Positions 53,087 to 64,000 are shown, counted from the first letter of the stretch. The stretch: DNA of 64,000 nucleotides from an uncultured delta proteobacterium (GCA_963789395.1 CAWBKP010000024.1:352001-416000); one strand, 5' to 3'. The notes: a model not told the origin generated them from the sequence alone. Translations and numbers: made by a program.

Positions 53087-54582
53087 ACTGGGATGCCTGG
53101 ATCCCGCCGCTGGTGGTCGCGAGCTCTCTGTTGCCTGGGTTGATCATCTTCAGTGTGGCAGATGACAAGGTGCGCCTGCGCACGGTGCTCAACATGCTCG
53201 GTGCGTTGGCAAAAGTCGCATTGGTAGGCTTGATGCTGTGGGGTGTCTATCATGGGCATCATTATGAAGCGCGGCTGGCACTGCTGCCGGGCCTGGAACT
53301 GGTATTGCGGGCTGGCCCGCTGTCCTTGATGTTTGTCGCTCTGTCCAGTGACCTTTGGCTGCTCACCACTGTTTATGCCATCGGCTACTTGGAAGACTCA
53401 CAACATCGCAGTCGATTCTTTGGCTTTTTTAGCTTGTGCGTGACTGCGACCGTCGGCGTGGCCATGTCCGGCAACCTATTCACCTTCCTGCTGTTCTATG
53501 AGCTGTTGACTTTGTCAACCTATCCGCTGGTCGTGCATCGCGGTACGGGAGAGGCCCTCAGTGCCGGGCAGTCTTATCTAATCTATACCATTTTCGGTGG
53601 CGCGTTGCTGTTGTTGGGAACGGTGTGGCTCTACACCTTGACGGGCACCCTGGAATTCACACCCCGGGGGTTTCTCGATGGCCTCAGCACAGAGCATCGT
53701 CCAGCCCTTAGAATGATTTTCGCCCTATTAATCGCCGGATTGGGCGTGAAAGCCGCAATAGTGCCCCTGCACGGCTGGCTTCCAAAGGCCATGGTCGCAC
53801 CGGCGCCGGTCAGCGCTTTGTTGCATGCGGTGGCAGTGGTGAAGGCTGGTGCGTTCGGGATCGTGCGTGTGGTCTATGACGTTTTCGGAGCTGAGTTTGC
53901 AGCGGGTCTGGGGGTGATGGGTCCCTTGGCCTGGTTGGCTGCGGTCACAATTGTCTACGGTTCACTGCGCGCCTTGTTTCAAGATGACCTTAAACGCCGG
54001 CTGGCATTTTCTACGATCAGTCAAGTGTCCTTTATCACCCTTGGCGTTGCCATCGCGGGACCTGTCGCTACCATCGGCGGCGTGGTGCACTTGGTGCACC
54101 AGGGCTTCATGAAAATCACGTTGTTTTTCTGTGCGGGCAATCTGGCAGAGACTTTAGAGGTTCATAAAGTCAGCCAGATGAATGGTGTGGGCCGGCGGAT
54201 GCCCTGGACCATGGCTGCGTTCACTGTCGGGGCTTTCGGGATGATTGGTGCGCCCCCAACTGCCGGATTCATCAGCAAATGGTATCTGGGCTTGGGCGCA
54301 CTTGAGGCGGGCCAAAACTGGGTCATCTGTGTGCTGGCTGGCAGCAGCCTGCTTAATGCCGCGTATTTTCTGCCCATATTGCATGCCACTTGGTTTCGGG
54401 AGCCTCCAGCCGACTGGCCGGAGGAGCGCGACTTTGGCTGCAAGGAGACAGCTTGGACTCTGTTGATCCCTCCGCTGGTGACGGCCGCCATATCTCTGGG
54501 AATGGGACTGCTGGCTTCGCAACCTTTTAGCCCGCTGGGGTGGGCGAAGCTCATCGCGGCACAGGAGTTCTATCAACCGTGA
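53083..54582 (+). CDS. Antiporter MrpD/NuoL-like subunit (2)
   Basis: FYELLTLSTYPLV.H, KAAIVPLHGWLPKAMVAP, KRRLAFST. Confidence 0.88.
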   Translation: MNWDAWIPPLVVASSLLPGLIIFSVADDKVRLRTVLNMLGALAKVALVGLMLWGVYHGHHYEARLALLPGLELVLRAGPLSLMFVALSSDLWLLTTVYAIGYLEDSQHRSRFFGFFSLCVTATVGVAMSGNLFTFLLFYELLTLSTYPLVVHRGTGEALSAGQSYLIYTIFGGALLLLGTVWLYTLTGTLEFTPRGFLDGLSTEHRPALRMIFALLIAGLGVKAAIVPLHGWLPKAMVAPAPVSALLHAVAVVKAGAFGIVRVVYDVFGAEFAAGLGVMGPLAWLAAVTIVYGSLRALFQDDLKRRLAFSTISQVSFITLGVAIAGPVATIGGVVHLVHQGFMKITLFFCAGNLAETLEVHKVSQMNGVGRRMPWTMAAFTVGAFGMIGAPPTAGFISKWYLGLGALEAGQNWVICVLAGSSLLNAAYFLPILHATWFREPPADWPEERDFGCKETAWTLLIPPLVTAAISLGMGLLASQPFSPLGWAKLIAAQEFYQP

Positions 54583-56378
54583 ACGAACTATACGTTCCCT
54601 TGGTTTTATCCCTTGTTGTGATCTGGCCGCTGCTGTTGGCCGTTGCAATAGCGTTCCGTGTAGCTCATTCAGCGGCTTTGATGCTTGCTCCTTGGGCGGC
54701 CCTGCCCGCGTTCACCCTGGCCGTGTTCACACCTCCAAGCGCTTCGCTTCATCTGCCTGGGTTTTTGCTCGGCACCGAATTGAGCCTTATGGACGACACC
54801 GGTCGTCTGTTCCTGCTATTCACGGCCCTGCTTTGGTGGCTGTCCGGCATGTACGCGCGGGCTTATCTGTCCGATCAGACCGGTCGCAGTCGTTTCTTTG
54901 TGTATTTTCTGCTGTCCATGACAGGCAACCTGGGGCTGATCCTGGCGCAGGATCTGACAAGTTTTTATCTGTTTTTCGCTCTGATGAGTTTTGCCTCCTA
55001 CGGCCTGGTTGTGCATCAACGAAGTCTTGAGGCCCTGCATGCAGGAAGGATCTACATTATACTGGTGGTCATTGGCGAGATCGCACTTTTTGCCGCCATG
55101 GTTTTCGCTACCGCCGCTACGGGATCAACTGAATTCGGTACCGTGCGGCACGGACTGGCGCAGGCCGGGTCACGCGACCTGGTCATGTTCCTGGCCTTTA
55201 TGGGCTTCGGTATCAAGGCCGGGGTACTGGGCCTGCACGTGTGGCTGCCGCTGGCCCATCCGGTTGCCCCGACCCCCGCCAGTGCCGTGTTGTCGGGCGC
55301 CATGATTAAGGCTGGTCTGTTGGGGTGGTTGCGATTGTTGCCGCTTGGTGAGACGGCGCTTCTTCAATGGGGCGAGAGCTTCATGCTTCTGGGATTGGCG
55401 GCAGCTTTCTATGGCGTAATAGTCAGGGCTCACCCAACGGGATCCCAAGACGCTGTTGGCCTATTCCAGCATCAGCCAGATGGGAGTCATGACTGTGGCT
55501 GCGGGACTGGGGCTGACTTCCCCAGATGCCTACCCGGCGATCCTGACGGTCATCACCCTGTATGCATTTCACCATGGTCTCAGCAAAGGGGCACTGTTTC
55601 TCGGTGTCGGTGTCGTCGGGGCCTTTAGCGGTGTGAAACGGCGAAGGGTGTGGCTTGCCTTGTGGCTGCCGGCCCTGGCGCCTGCGGGTGCTCCGTTGAC
55701 AAGTGGCATGGTGGCGAAAACCATGCTGAAAGCGCAGACGGTCAACGCACCCGGCCCCTGGGTTCCGGTGTTGCAAATACTTCTGCCTTGGAGTGCCGTA
55801 GCCACGACGTTATTGGTCGGGCGGTTTCTTTTTCTGCTGTACCACCCAAAGCAGGGGCCTCCGATCACCTTTCGCCTACCGGGATTGTGTGGCCATGGGC
55901 ACTGCTGGTCATGGCGTCGGCAGTGCTGCCCTGGTGGTTCGTGCAAAAGTTAGCGGCATTGCGGTCCCAATCCGCGGTCTATGGCAGCACCTGGCCGGTG
56001 CTGCTTGGCGCTTTGCTGGCAGTGGCCATAATTGTTTTACGAAGATCACAGCTGCCTTGGCGATTTCGGGCCATGCCGACGGGTGATGGGCAGTTAAGCG
56101 CCGGGCACCTGCCATTACCCTGCATCCCGCCGGGCGACTTGCTGCTGCCCATTGGCCGCGGTATTGCTCCAGTCCTCACCCATGGTCGTCGCTTGGCCGA
56201 GGTGCAATTGCCGCGTTGGCGCGATGCGTTGCTGTCCCTGTTGCAGCGGCCATTATCCAATGTGGATGGGTGGCGAATCATCGGGCAAATCGAAGACCGC
56301 CTCAATCACTGGTCTATGGCGTTGGTGATTCTGGTGCTTCTGGGTCTGATCGTGACCGCCCTGGGCATGAGCGAATGA
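54579..56378 (+). CDS. Antiporter MrpD/HyfB-like subunit (3), frameshifts near 55425 and 55860
   Basis: GIKAG..GLHVWLPLAHPVAPTPASAVLSG, AYSSISQMG, HHGLSKGALF. Confidence 0.82.
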
Positions 56379-56625
56379 ACCGCATGCGCCTCTGGGCAGG
56401 GTTGACCACCGGGACTGCCGTTGCTACACGCCCGGTTTGTGCCTATATCAAGGCCATGTATGGATGGACAATAATTATGGTGTTGCACTGATGTCTCTCA
56501 CCGTAAACAATAAGGCGGCAGCGTCATCCTCAATTCCATCGTGCGACGTGTTTACCCTTCTGGAAATTCCGGTAATTCGTTATGCTCTCTACCGGGAAGA
56601 ATAAACGTTGTAAGGAGTTCTAAAA

Positions 56626-59334
56626 ATGTACACCTTAATCGGCAAGCACTTACATCACCTGCCTGCAGACGAAGTAATCGTCCTTCTGGACAGCGATAAG
56701 GGAAAAGGGCTGGACATCTTCGAGGTCGATAAACGTCAGAAACATTTCGGCCCCAATGCGATCACCGGGAAAAAAGGGAAAGGGCCTCTGCTTCGCTTTC
56801 TGCTCCAGTTCCATCAGCCCCTGATCTACATCCTGATAGCGGCAGCTGCAGTTACCACCTTTCTTCAGGAATGGGTCGACGCCGGGGTTATTTTCGGGGT
56901 TGTGCTAGTAAACGCGTTCATCGGATTTATCCAGGAAGCAAAAGCGGTCAAAGCAATAGAAGCGTTGGCCAAGACGATGACAACTGAGGCAACGGTACTG
57001 CGGTCGGGCGAGAAACGGCGCATCTCCTCGGCAGAAGTGGTACCGGGCGACATCGTCTTTTTGCAGTCCGGTGACAAAGTGCCAGCGGATTTGCGGCTGT
57101 TTCAGACACGGGATCTTCAGGTGGACGAGTCAGCTCTGACCGGAGAGTCGGTTCCTGTGGATAAAAAGGCGGATGTCCTCGATCACGACACGGCTCTGGC
57201 TGACCGGCGGAACATGGCTTATGCTTCGACGCTAGCCACCTACGGTCAGGGCTCCGGCATTGTCGTTGCCATTGGCGACCTAACAGAAGTGGGGCGCATT
57301 TCTGAACTTATCTCAACAACTGAGGCATTGGAAACCCCGCTGACCCGAAAGATCGCCCGGTTCAGCCATATCCTGCTCTATGCGATCCTGGCCCTTGCTG
57401 CGACCGCTTTTGTCGTCGGTCTCATCCGAGGTCAGTCCGTCTTTGATATGTTCATGGCGGCTGTGGCCCTATCAGTAGGCGCTATCCCCGAGGGTCTGCC
57501 GGCTGCGCTGACTATCACTCTGGCCATCGGTGTTGCGCGGATGGCGCGCAGACGGGCAATAATCAGAAAACTCACAGCAGTGGAAACCCTCGGCAGCACA
57601 ACTGTCATCTGCTCCGACAAGACCGGGACGCTGACCGAGAATCAGATGACCGTTCAGGAGATATTGGCCGGTGGCGAGCGATTTGAGGTCACCGGCGCGG
57701 GCTACACGCCCTCAGGCCGAATCCTCAAGACAGGGGATACGGTGGATGCCCCCATGCCCTCGGCACTGATGGAATGTCTGAAGGCCGGGTTTCTGTGCAA
57801 CGACAGCCTGCTGCTGGAGAAAGAGGGCCGGTGGGCGGTACAGGGTGATCCCACAGAAGGCGCATTGTTGGTTGCTGCGGTCAAAGCAGGTCTGGACATG
57901 GCCACCGCGCGAAAGAAATCGCTCCGCATCGATACTATTCCTTTCGAATCGCAGCACCAGTATATGGCCACCCTGCATGACCAAGGAGCGGATATTCCCG
58001 GCATCGTTTATATCAAGGGTTCGGTAGAAACCATTCTGGAGAAATGTGATTCATGTCTCGATTCAGCGGGCCAATATGGTGAATTGGATGTCGGACAGAT
58101 CCATAGCGCGGTGGAAGAAATGGCAGCTAAGGGAATGCGGGTGCTCGCTTTTGCAACAAGAGAAACAGAACAAGGGACAGCCGCGCTGAATCATCCTGAT
58201 GTTGCTTCCGGCATGACCTTCATCGGTCTCCAGGGGATGATCGATCCTCCCCGGCAGGAGGCGATTACTGCAGTTCAGAAGTGTCACACAGCGGGTATTC
58301 GCGTCAAGATGATAACCGGCGATCATGCGCTGACGGCTTCCTCGATTGCACATCAGGTTGGTCTTCATAATCCAACCAACGTTGTCACCGGAAAGGAGCT
58401 GATAGAAATTTCGGACAGTGAGCTGATTGTTGTTGCTGACCGGACATCCGTATTCGCCAGGGTGACACCGGAGCAAAAACTCCGCCTGGTTGAAGCCCTG
58501 CAGGCCAAAGGGAACGTTGCCGCCATGACCGGAGATGGGGTAAATGACGCCCCGGCCCTGAAACGGGCAGACATCGGCGTGGCCATGGGCATTACCGGAA
58601 CCGACGTGGCCAAAGAGGCCGCCGATATGGTGTTGACGGACGACAACTTCGCCTCTATCGAGGCCGCTATAGAGGAAGGGCGAGGCATCTTCGACAATCT
58701 CACCAAGTTCATTGTCTGGACACTGCCTACCAACCTTGGTGAGGGCCTCGTGATCCTTGCGGCAATATTCGCCGGTGTGACGCTGCCTATCCTCCCGGTG
58801 CAGATCCTCTGGATCAACATGACAACCGCCGTACTGCTGGGACTCATGCTCGCTTTCGAGCCCAAGGAACCGGGTATAATGACGCGGCCACCGCGAGATC
58901 CAAAGACGCCCATACTCACCGGGGTGCTGATTTGGCGTCTCTTCATTGTTGGGCTGCTGTTGCTCGCTGGGGCATTCGGCCTTTTCGAGTGGGAACTGAT
59001 GACGGGAGCCACGGTTGTAGAGGCTCGCACTGTAGCAGTGAATGTATTTGTTCTTGTGCAGCTATTCTATCTCTTCAATTGTCGCTCCTTGACGCAGTCC
59101 ATGTTCCGTCTGGGATTTTTCTCAAACCCGTGGGTGTTTGGCGGTGTTACGGTCATGATGATCCTGCAAGTGATGTTCACTTATCTGCCGGCAATGAACC
59201 TAATGTTTCACAGCGCACCCATCGGTTTTGAATCCTGGGGCCGGATACTGGCGGTATCCGTGTTTACTTCGTTTGTGGTTGGTGCTGAGAAATGGCTTCG
59301 CAGGAGGATCAAGAAAAGACGGTCAGTTCAGTAA
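56626..59334 (+). CDS. P-type cation-transporting ATPase (P2A-like)
   Basis: TGES, IPEGLP, DKTGTLT, MITGDH, TGDGVNDAP, QILWIN. Confidence 0.95.
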   Translation: MYTLIGKHLHHLPADEVIVLLDSDKGKGLDIFEVDKRQKHFGPNAITGKKGKGPLLRFLLQFHQPLIYILIAAAAVTTFLQEWVDAGVIFGVVLVNAFIGFIQEAKAVKAIEALAKTMTTEATVLRSGEKRRISSAEVVPGDIVFLQSGDKVPADLRLFQTRDLQVDESALTGESVPVDKKADVLDHDTALADRRNMAYASTLATYGQGSGIVVAIGDLTEVGRISELISTTEALETPLTRKIARFSHILLYAILALAATAFVVGLIRGQSVFDMFMAAVALSVGAIPEGLPAALTITLAIGVARMARRRAIIRKLTAVETLGSTTVICSDKTGTLTENQMTVQEILAGGERFEVTGAGYTPSGRILKTGDTVDAPMPSALMECLKAGFLCNDSLLLEKEGRWAVQGDPTEGALLVAAVKAGLDMATARKKSLRIDTIPFESQHQYMATLHDQGADIPGIVYIKGSVETILEKCDSCLDSAGQYGELDVGQIHSAVEEMAAKGMRVLAFATRETEQGTAALNHPDVASGMTFIGLQGMIDPPRQEAITAVQKCHTAGIRVKMITGDHALTASSIAHQVGLHNPTNVVTGKELIEISDSELIVVADRTSVFARVTPEQKLRLVEALQAKGNVAAMTGDGVNDAPALKRADIGVAMGITGTDVAKEAADMVLTDDNFASIEAAIEEGRGIFDNLTKFIVWTLPTNLGEGLVILAAIFAGVTLPILPVQILWINMTTAVLLGLMLAFEPKEPGIMTRPPRDPKTPILTGVLIWRLFIVGLLLLAGAFGLFEWELMTGATVVEARTVAVNVFVLVQLFYLFNCRSLTQSMFRLGFFSNPWVFGGVTVMMILQVMFTYLPAMNLMFHSAPIGFESWGRILAVSVFTSFVVGAEKWLRRRIKKRRSVQ

Positions 59335-59479
59335 ATGTAAAATGATGAAAAGGAGGTGCGGTGGTCCCCAAAATCTGGACAATGTGACAAGCTGTAAATC
59401 AGCCTGAACAAGAAAGGATCTGACAATGGAGATTCCTGACCAGATCGATCCCCCTCATACCGGTTCTAAACAGACAGCG

Positions 59480-59605
59480 GATTCCGATCATTATTTGTAA
59501 ATGATCAAACAACCAAAGCCATGGACTTGAAAGGGCTTCTCATAGAGCCCGTTGCAGCAGGAGATCTTGCTGAAATTGTCAGAAAAGTTTTGGCTGAGGT
59601 AAATG
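59480..59605 (+). pseudogene. Eroded C-terminal half of a response-regulator receiver domain
   Basis: IPIIIC, then KAMDLKGLLIEPVAAGDLAEIVRKVLAE, resembling REC beta4 to alpha5. Confidence 0.45.
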
Positions 59606-60406
59606 GCTCGGAAAATTCAAATATGCTTTCTGCCAGGAAGGGGACATCTTTTCCTTTCTTACCGGCCACTGAAAACCAAAATGTCCGCACAACCGGCAAA
59701 ACGCGGACATCTGATCCGCCATGATGTCTGATGGGCCGGGGAGGCGTTCTCTTCCCAGATGATACTGAAATATGCGATCAATGCCGCCGGCAATTGCACA
59801 CATATAATATCCGGATGGGGTCAACCCCAAACCGCAATCCGCAATAATTCGGCAACCGCCGGAATAATCAGAAAACCGGTTTAATCGTGTATCAACAGGC
59901 GCCATGTTAAACGGCTTGAACAGGTTCACGCGGGAGGTCTTGAGCGTGCTTTTAATGATAATGCCGTCGGGCAGCTTCTCTAATACTTCGTGAACTTTTC
60001 TTCCAAAATAATTTGTGCAAAGTACCAGCCTGACACCCGGATTATGAACCGACCGGTAATCCTCCAGCAGTTTGATAATATCAAAAATGCGGCTGTGAAG
60101 GGTCGGTTCTCCGCCCAGGATTCGGATTCGTTTCCATTGCGCTTTTTTTTCAACACTTTCCCGGATAAACGCCTCAATCATTGAAACCGGCATCTCCGTG
60201 TCGCTGGGGGCCTGAGTACAGGAACGGTTGCAGTTGATACATTTTAAATTGCACTTGTAGGTGATATCGATTTCCACAAATTCGCGGCTTGGTTTAAATT
60301 GCCGGCCGAACCATTCGGCCAAGAGTGATTGACAACGGATGAACTGGTAAAAATCCAGAGCCAGGCGTTTTACCGTGATATTTCGATGTCGGGGAGGAAT
60401 CGTCAT
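59579..60406 (-). CDS. Radical SAM protein
   Basis: CNLKCINC (CxxxCxxC), GGEPTLH, additional C-terminal Cys residues. Confidence 0.88.
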   Translation of the reverse strand: MTIPPRHRNITVKRLALDFYQFIRCQSLLAEWFGRQFKPSREFVEIDITYKCNLKCINCNRSCTQAPSDTEMPVSMIEAFIRESVEKKAQWKRIRILGGEPTLHSRIFDIIKLLEDYRSVHNPGVRLVLCTNYFGRKVHEVLEKLPDGIIIKSTLKTSRVNLFKPFNMAPVDTRLNRFSDYSGGCRIIADCGLGLTPSGYYMCAIAGGIDRIFQYHLGRERLPGPSDIMADQMSAFCRLCGHFGFQWPVRKEKMSPSWQKAYLNFPSHLPQPKLF

Positions 60407-60463
60407 TCAGGTCCGATATTTTCAACCTGATATGTCTGTGTCGTAATGCCATCTCAGATGGCA

Positions 60464-61738
60464 TTACCGGAGTGTCTCTGATAAACAGGCCTGCTGATGA
60501 TAAAGCACTTTAAAGTAGACCTTCTGAACTCGAGCGAATACGCCTTTCCAGGTAAAGGCGGCCATCTTATCCTCAATCAGGGAAATGTCGATCCGGGGAC
60601 ACTTGATGGCTCCTGCCATCTGGATTTTAAGTGCCTGGGCTAGATTCTGTTCGAAAGCAGCCAAATCCTCGGTATAAGGTTGGTCCATTTTCCTCAAACG
60701 CGGTGTCCGGACCAGGGTGATGTAATCGGCTTTTAACATTGCCTACAATTTCCATAACTCCTGGCAGGTCTGTGGCTACCACTCGACAACCGCTGGCCAG
60801 CGCCTCTAGCACGACCAGCGGCAGGCCCTCGAATAATGACGGCAGGACAAAAATATGGGCCTCTTTTAATAAAGCGGCCAGAAGAGTTTGCGGTATCTGG
60901 CCGTGAACCACCACCCGTTCTCCGAGGCCTTGGGCCAATGCGCATGCACTCCTCCTTTTCTTTACCGATTCCGCCTCCCACAATATGCATCCGCCATTCC
61001 GGCGTCGTAATTTTTTTCAGGGCGTTGAGCAACCAAGGCAACCCTTTGGCGTTCAAGAGTTTGCCTGCGTAAACAAGCTGAACGGGCCGGGGTGAGGGCT
61101 TGGTGCCGGTAGTAAAGAGTGAATCATCGTAACCGGCCCCGGTAACAATTATTTTTTCCGGCGGCAGCCGGTAGTTCCCCACGATGTAGTCCTTCTGAGC
61201 CCCGGTCAGCACCATGGCCGCATCCAGGCGGCAGCACCCGCTCAATACCTTTTCACGAAGATGGGGGCAGTTCTGGAATTGACGAAGATCTGTTCCGTGG
61301 CAAGTGGTCACCACGGGAATATTCGGAAAAAGACGCCGCGCCAGGGAACTGAGCAGCCAGTTGTGATGGCTGTGGATGATATCCGGACTGAAACGGGCCA
61401 CTGTTTCTGTCAGCACACGTGCAAAAACCGTTTCGTATGTTTCGATATCCTGCGCGGACAGATCGGCAAACCGCGTACTCGGGTAGGGCATAATATCCGT
61501 CATGCCGGGGATCAGGAAATGAAATATCGCCCCCGTTGAAGCGGACAAAGCGGCACTGTTCCAAGGAAACACTGTGGAGTTCGACGTCGCTGTCGGGCTG
61601 AATACCGGCGATCATAAAATTATCATGACCGCATTTGGCCGCTTCACGCATCATTGATTGCAGATAAATACCGCTGCCGGTCGAGTCCGGACGCTGACCC
61701 AGCACATGAAGAATTTTCAATTTCTGTTGTGTAACCAT
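60464..61738 (-). CDS. Glycosyltransferase family 4 (several frameshifts)
   Basis: STGSGIY, IHSHH, HGTDL, YAGKL..AKG, LPSLFEGLPLVVLEALASG. Confidence 0.88.
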
Positions 61739-62001
61739 TGCAAAAGCTCAGAGGTTCCAATACCGAAGAAAACTGAAACAATTACTTACATCAAACCATA
61801 TTTTTGGAATCATTCGAATTCGGTTGTCTTTAGTTTCCAACTTGTCGAATATCGGTTCAAGTTCAAATATATTATATTTTATCAGTAAGATACGTCAAGT
61901 ATTAAGATGCAGGGATAAAAACGTATGAATCCTGCATGAGAGGCTTTAAACTTCGGTGCAGGGGAAGACCCAGCGACCACACGCTGATCGCATTCACCAA
62001 G

Positions 62002-62339
62002 TCACGAACAATTGAGAATCATGCTGTCGTTCGGTATGTATGGCTTATATGGCTGAACGGCCTCGTCAGCCATATAACCGGGCACTGCAATTCCGGAATC
62101 GTACTGAACATAGTTCACGAATGTTCTGCCATCTATTCTGACTTTCATGCCTGTTGATCGGATGTTTTAAAGGCACGATTGCGTATACTTGGTTGTACTT
62201 TGTCCTCTAACTTCGGATAGCCCAACACTTCCGCGCGTTTTCCGATATCTATTTCAAGATAATTTCTGGCGCCGTCAAGAATATTCTCACCATATTCCTC
62301 GGCAATGCTTTCAAGCACTTCCTTGAGATGTCTTTTCAT
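62002..62339 (-). CDS. Hypothetical protein (frameshifted)
   Basis: AGGAG ribosome-binding site; ORF 62145..62339 continues in another frame as MKVRIDGRTFVNY...DSMILNCS*. Confidence 0.55.
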
Positions 62340-62413
62340 ATCCGCTCTCCTCTCTCATTAGATTTGATGAAGTCGTTTTTCAATTTTCCCGATCTGCTCC
62401 CGTGTTTCCTCTT

Positions 62414-63625
62414 TTATTCACTTTTGGTTGCCCATAACATGTATACCGGATCGGACAGCATCATGTTCAACCCGAAATACTTGTCGTCATAAGGACGCGG
62501 TTTTCCCCGCATTGACCATGTATGAATGTTGCTGAACTTTTTGGACTGCAGAAAGTATTCCGTTACCAGGCCCATGCGCTCGAATTCGTGCAACTCTTTC
62601 CAGATTCTGATCGCCTTGGGCGGAAACCACCGGTTCGAAAAAGAGACGACAAACAATCCGCCCGGTTTCAATACCCTGGCCACTTCGGCAAACACGTGAA
62701 AGGGTTGCACAAGGTATTCCACGGATACCGTACACAAGACCGCGTCGAACTGCCTATCGTCAAAGGGCAACGAAGGATTCGAGTTCAAGTCATGAAGCAC
62801 GCCTGTGGTTAACCGCGGATTCGCTTCCAACTCCACACGGTTCATGCCCAATCCGGTCAATGAATCCAGTTCCAGCTCAGCCGGCAGGTGGGATTTCCAG
62901 CTGCTCATCAAATCGAGGACTTTCGATGCGGGACGAATCAATTGACCGTACATTCCCGATAGAACACCGATGGCCATGTCATCCAGGTGATTGACGAGTC
63001 TGGGGCGCGTGTAGAATCCGCTGTCATCCGACTCATCTTCGCGCGCGAAAGAATCATCCGAAAAAAAATCCGTTGGGCGGCCATTACATCGGGCCTGCAT
63101 TCCCGGGCCATTATGAATCAGATCCTGTAAAGCCATACAGGACCCGCCCCGTTCCGAGGATTTTGATTCGACAAAATCGATAGCGACATCGACCGATATG
63201 TCCCGGCCGGCAAGGGGGTGGTTCATGTCAGCATGAATTTCGTTTCCGTCCGAGTGCACACATCGGAACGGTTCCCGGTTCACCTTGAACACACCCGCTA
63301 CCCCTCTGAGCATTCCCCTGGGGTAGTATCTTCCATAACGTGTGACAAGGTTCATATCTTTATCGACTTGGTTGCTTTTGGCGTTCAGGACAAGGGATTC
63401 ATCAACGTCAGGTACCAGTTCTCCCGGTCTGAAATCATGCGAAATTATGTCTTTCGGAGCTTTGTCCAGCAATTTTTCGTAGAGTGTTTCCGGAAAAATA
63501 TCACGCCAGAAATTTACATTTTGAACATATCTGCACTCCGTATGAGAGCCGATGTCACTGTTCCAGGAAAACCGAAATTCCATGCCCGCTACTGAATTCT
63601 TTGTCGTTGTGTTCATGTCATTCAT
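62414..63625 (-). CDS. SlyD/FKBP-like N-terminal domain fused to a class I methyltransferase domain
   Basis: DMNHPLAGRD; FYTRPRLVNHLD, VLDLMSSWKSH, HDLN, SFSNRWFPPK. Confidence 0.82.
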   Translation of the reverse strand: MNDMNTTTKNSVAGMEFRFSWNSDIGSHTECRYVQNVNFWRDIFPETLYEKLLDKAPKDIISHDFRPGELVPDVDESLVLNAKSNQVDKDMNLVTRYGRYYPRGMLRGVAGVFKVNREPFRCVHSDGNEIHADMNHPLAGRDISVDVAIDFVESKSSERGGSCMALQDLIHNGPGMQARCNGRPTDFFSDDSFAREDESDDSGFYTRPRLVNHLDDMAIGVLSGMYGQLIRPASKVLDLMSSWKSHLPAELELDSLTGLGMNRVELEANPRLTTGVLHDLNSNPSLPFDDRQFDAVLCTVSVEYLVQPFHVFAEVARVLKPGGLFVVSFSNRWFPPKAIRIWKELHEFERMGLVTEYFLQSKKFSNIHTWSMRGKPRPYDDKYFGLNMMLSDPVYMLWATKSE

Positions 63626-63837
63626 CCTTTATCTATAGTCAACACATTACTCTGTCCCAATACGGAAAAGCGCCATATCAACTTTGAAAAATACCAAAAC
63701 AAGGATCATCCTGTTTTTTATACTTTTGTTATTTCTGGTTGACATATAAATTATGAATGAAATATAAATGTACAATAAGAGAAAATACGGAGTATATCAG
63801 TAGGTAATAAACTACTAATTTAGACTGGATGGAATGA

Positions 63838-64000
63838 ATGCAGTTTGGAACTTCCAGAAAAGATGATTCTGAATCCATATGTCCTTCGATCGGGTCGTTT
63901 GACCGAAGGCTGATCGATTCCCTGTCCGCCCAGATTGCGATCCTGGACAAAAGAGGGATTATACTGGAGACCAACCGGGCCTGGCGGGAATTCGGCATGG
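63838..64000 (+). CDS. PAS-domain signalling protein, 3'-truncated by window edge
   Basis: Manual translation: LIDSLSAQIAILDKRGIILETNRAWREFG. Confidence 0.7.
   Translation, partial: MQFGTSRKDDSESICPSIGSFDRRLIDSLSAQIAILDKRGIILETNRAWREFGM

Noticed and set aside
1..64000. CRISPR array or cas operon, prompted by the Cad1-like gene
   Set aside because: No regularly spaced direct repeats and no Cas1, Cas10 or RAMP-like ORFs were seen; a locus outside the window cannot be excluded

Overview
Bacterial chromosome segment. Gene content suggests an anaerobic Desulfobacterota (Desulfobacterales-like) organism; this is an inference. About 20 genes, including housekeeping hisD, carry single-base frameshifts, typical of an unpolished long-read assembly. 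In order, the window holds: a beta-oxidation cluster (thiolase, acyl-CoA dehydrogenase, FadH-like enzyme); an orphan CARF + adenosine deaminase (Cad1/CAAD-like) gene with a degenerate active site; an orphan NorQ/CbbQ ATPase; a TraB-hydrolase-SPFH-(AAA-AAA-Lon protease) run; a solute-binding protein + hybrid kinase; minCDE; a GcvT-SHMT fusion; htpG; a glycosyltransferase/phosphatase/STELLO-like cluster; fba; hisD; AcuB/AcuC-like genes; cooC; more acyl-CoA dehydrogenases; and an accessory block with a nine-gene Mrp/Mbh-type antiporter operon and a P-type ATPase. No rRNA, tRNA, CRISPR array or intact transposase was seen. The best candidate for an undescribed system is the SPFH gene translationally coupled to a 1142-aa protein that joins two classic (CDC48/FtsH-type) AAA modules to a Lon Ser-Lys protease domain. 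The second is the catalytically degenerate, CRISPR-less Cad1 homologue.
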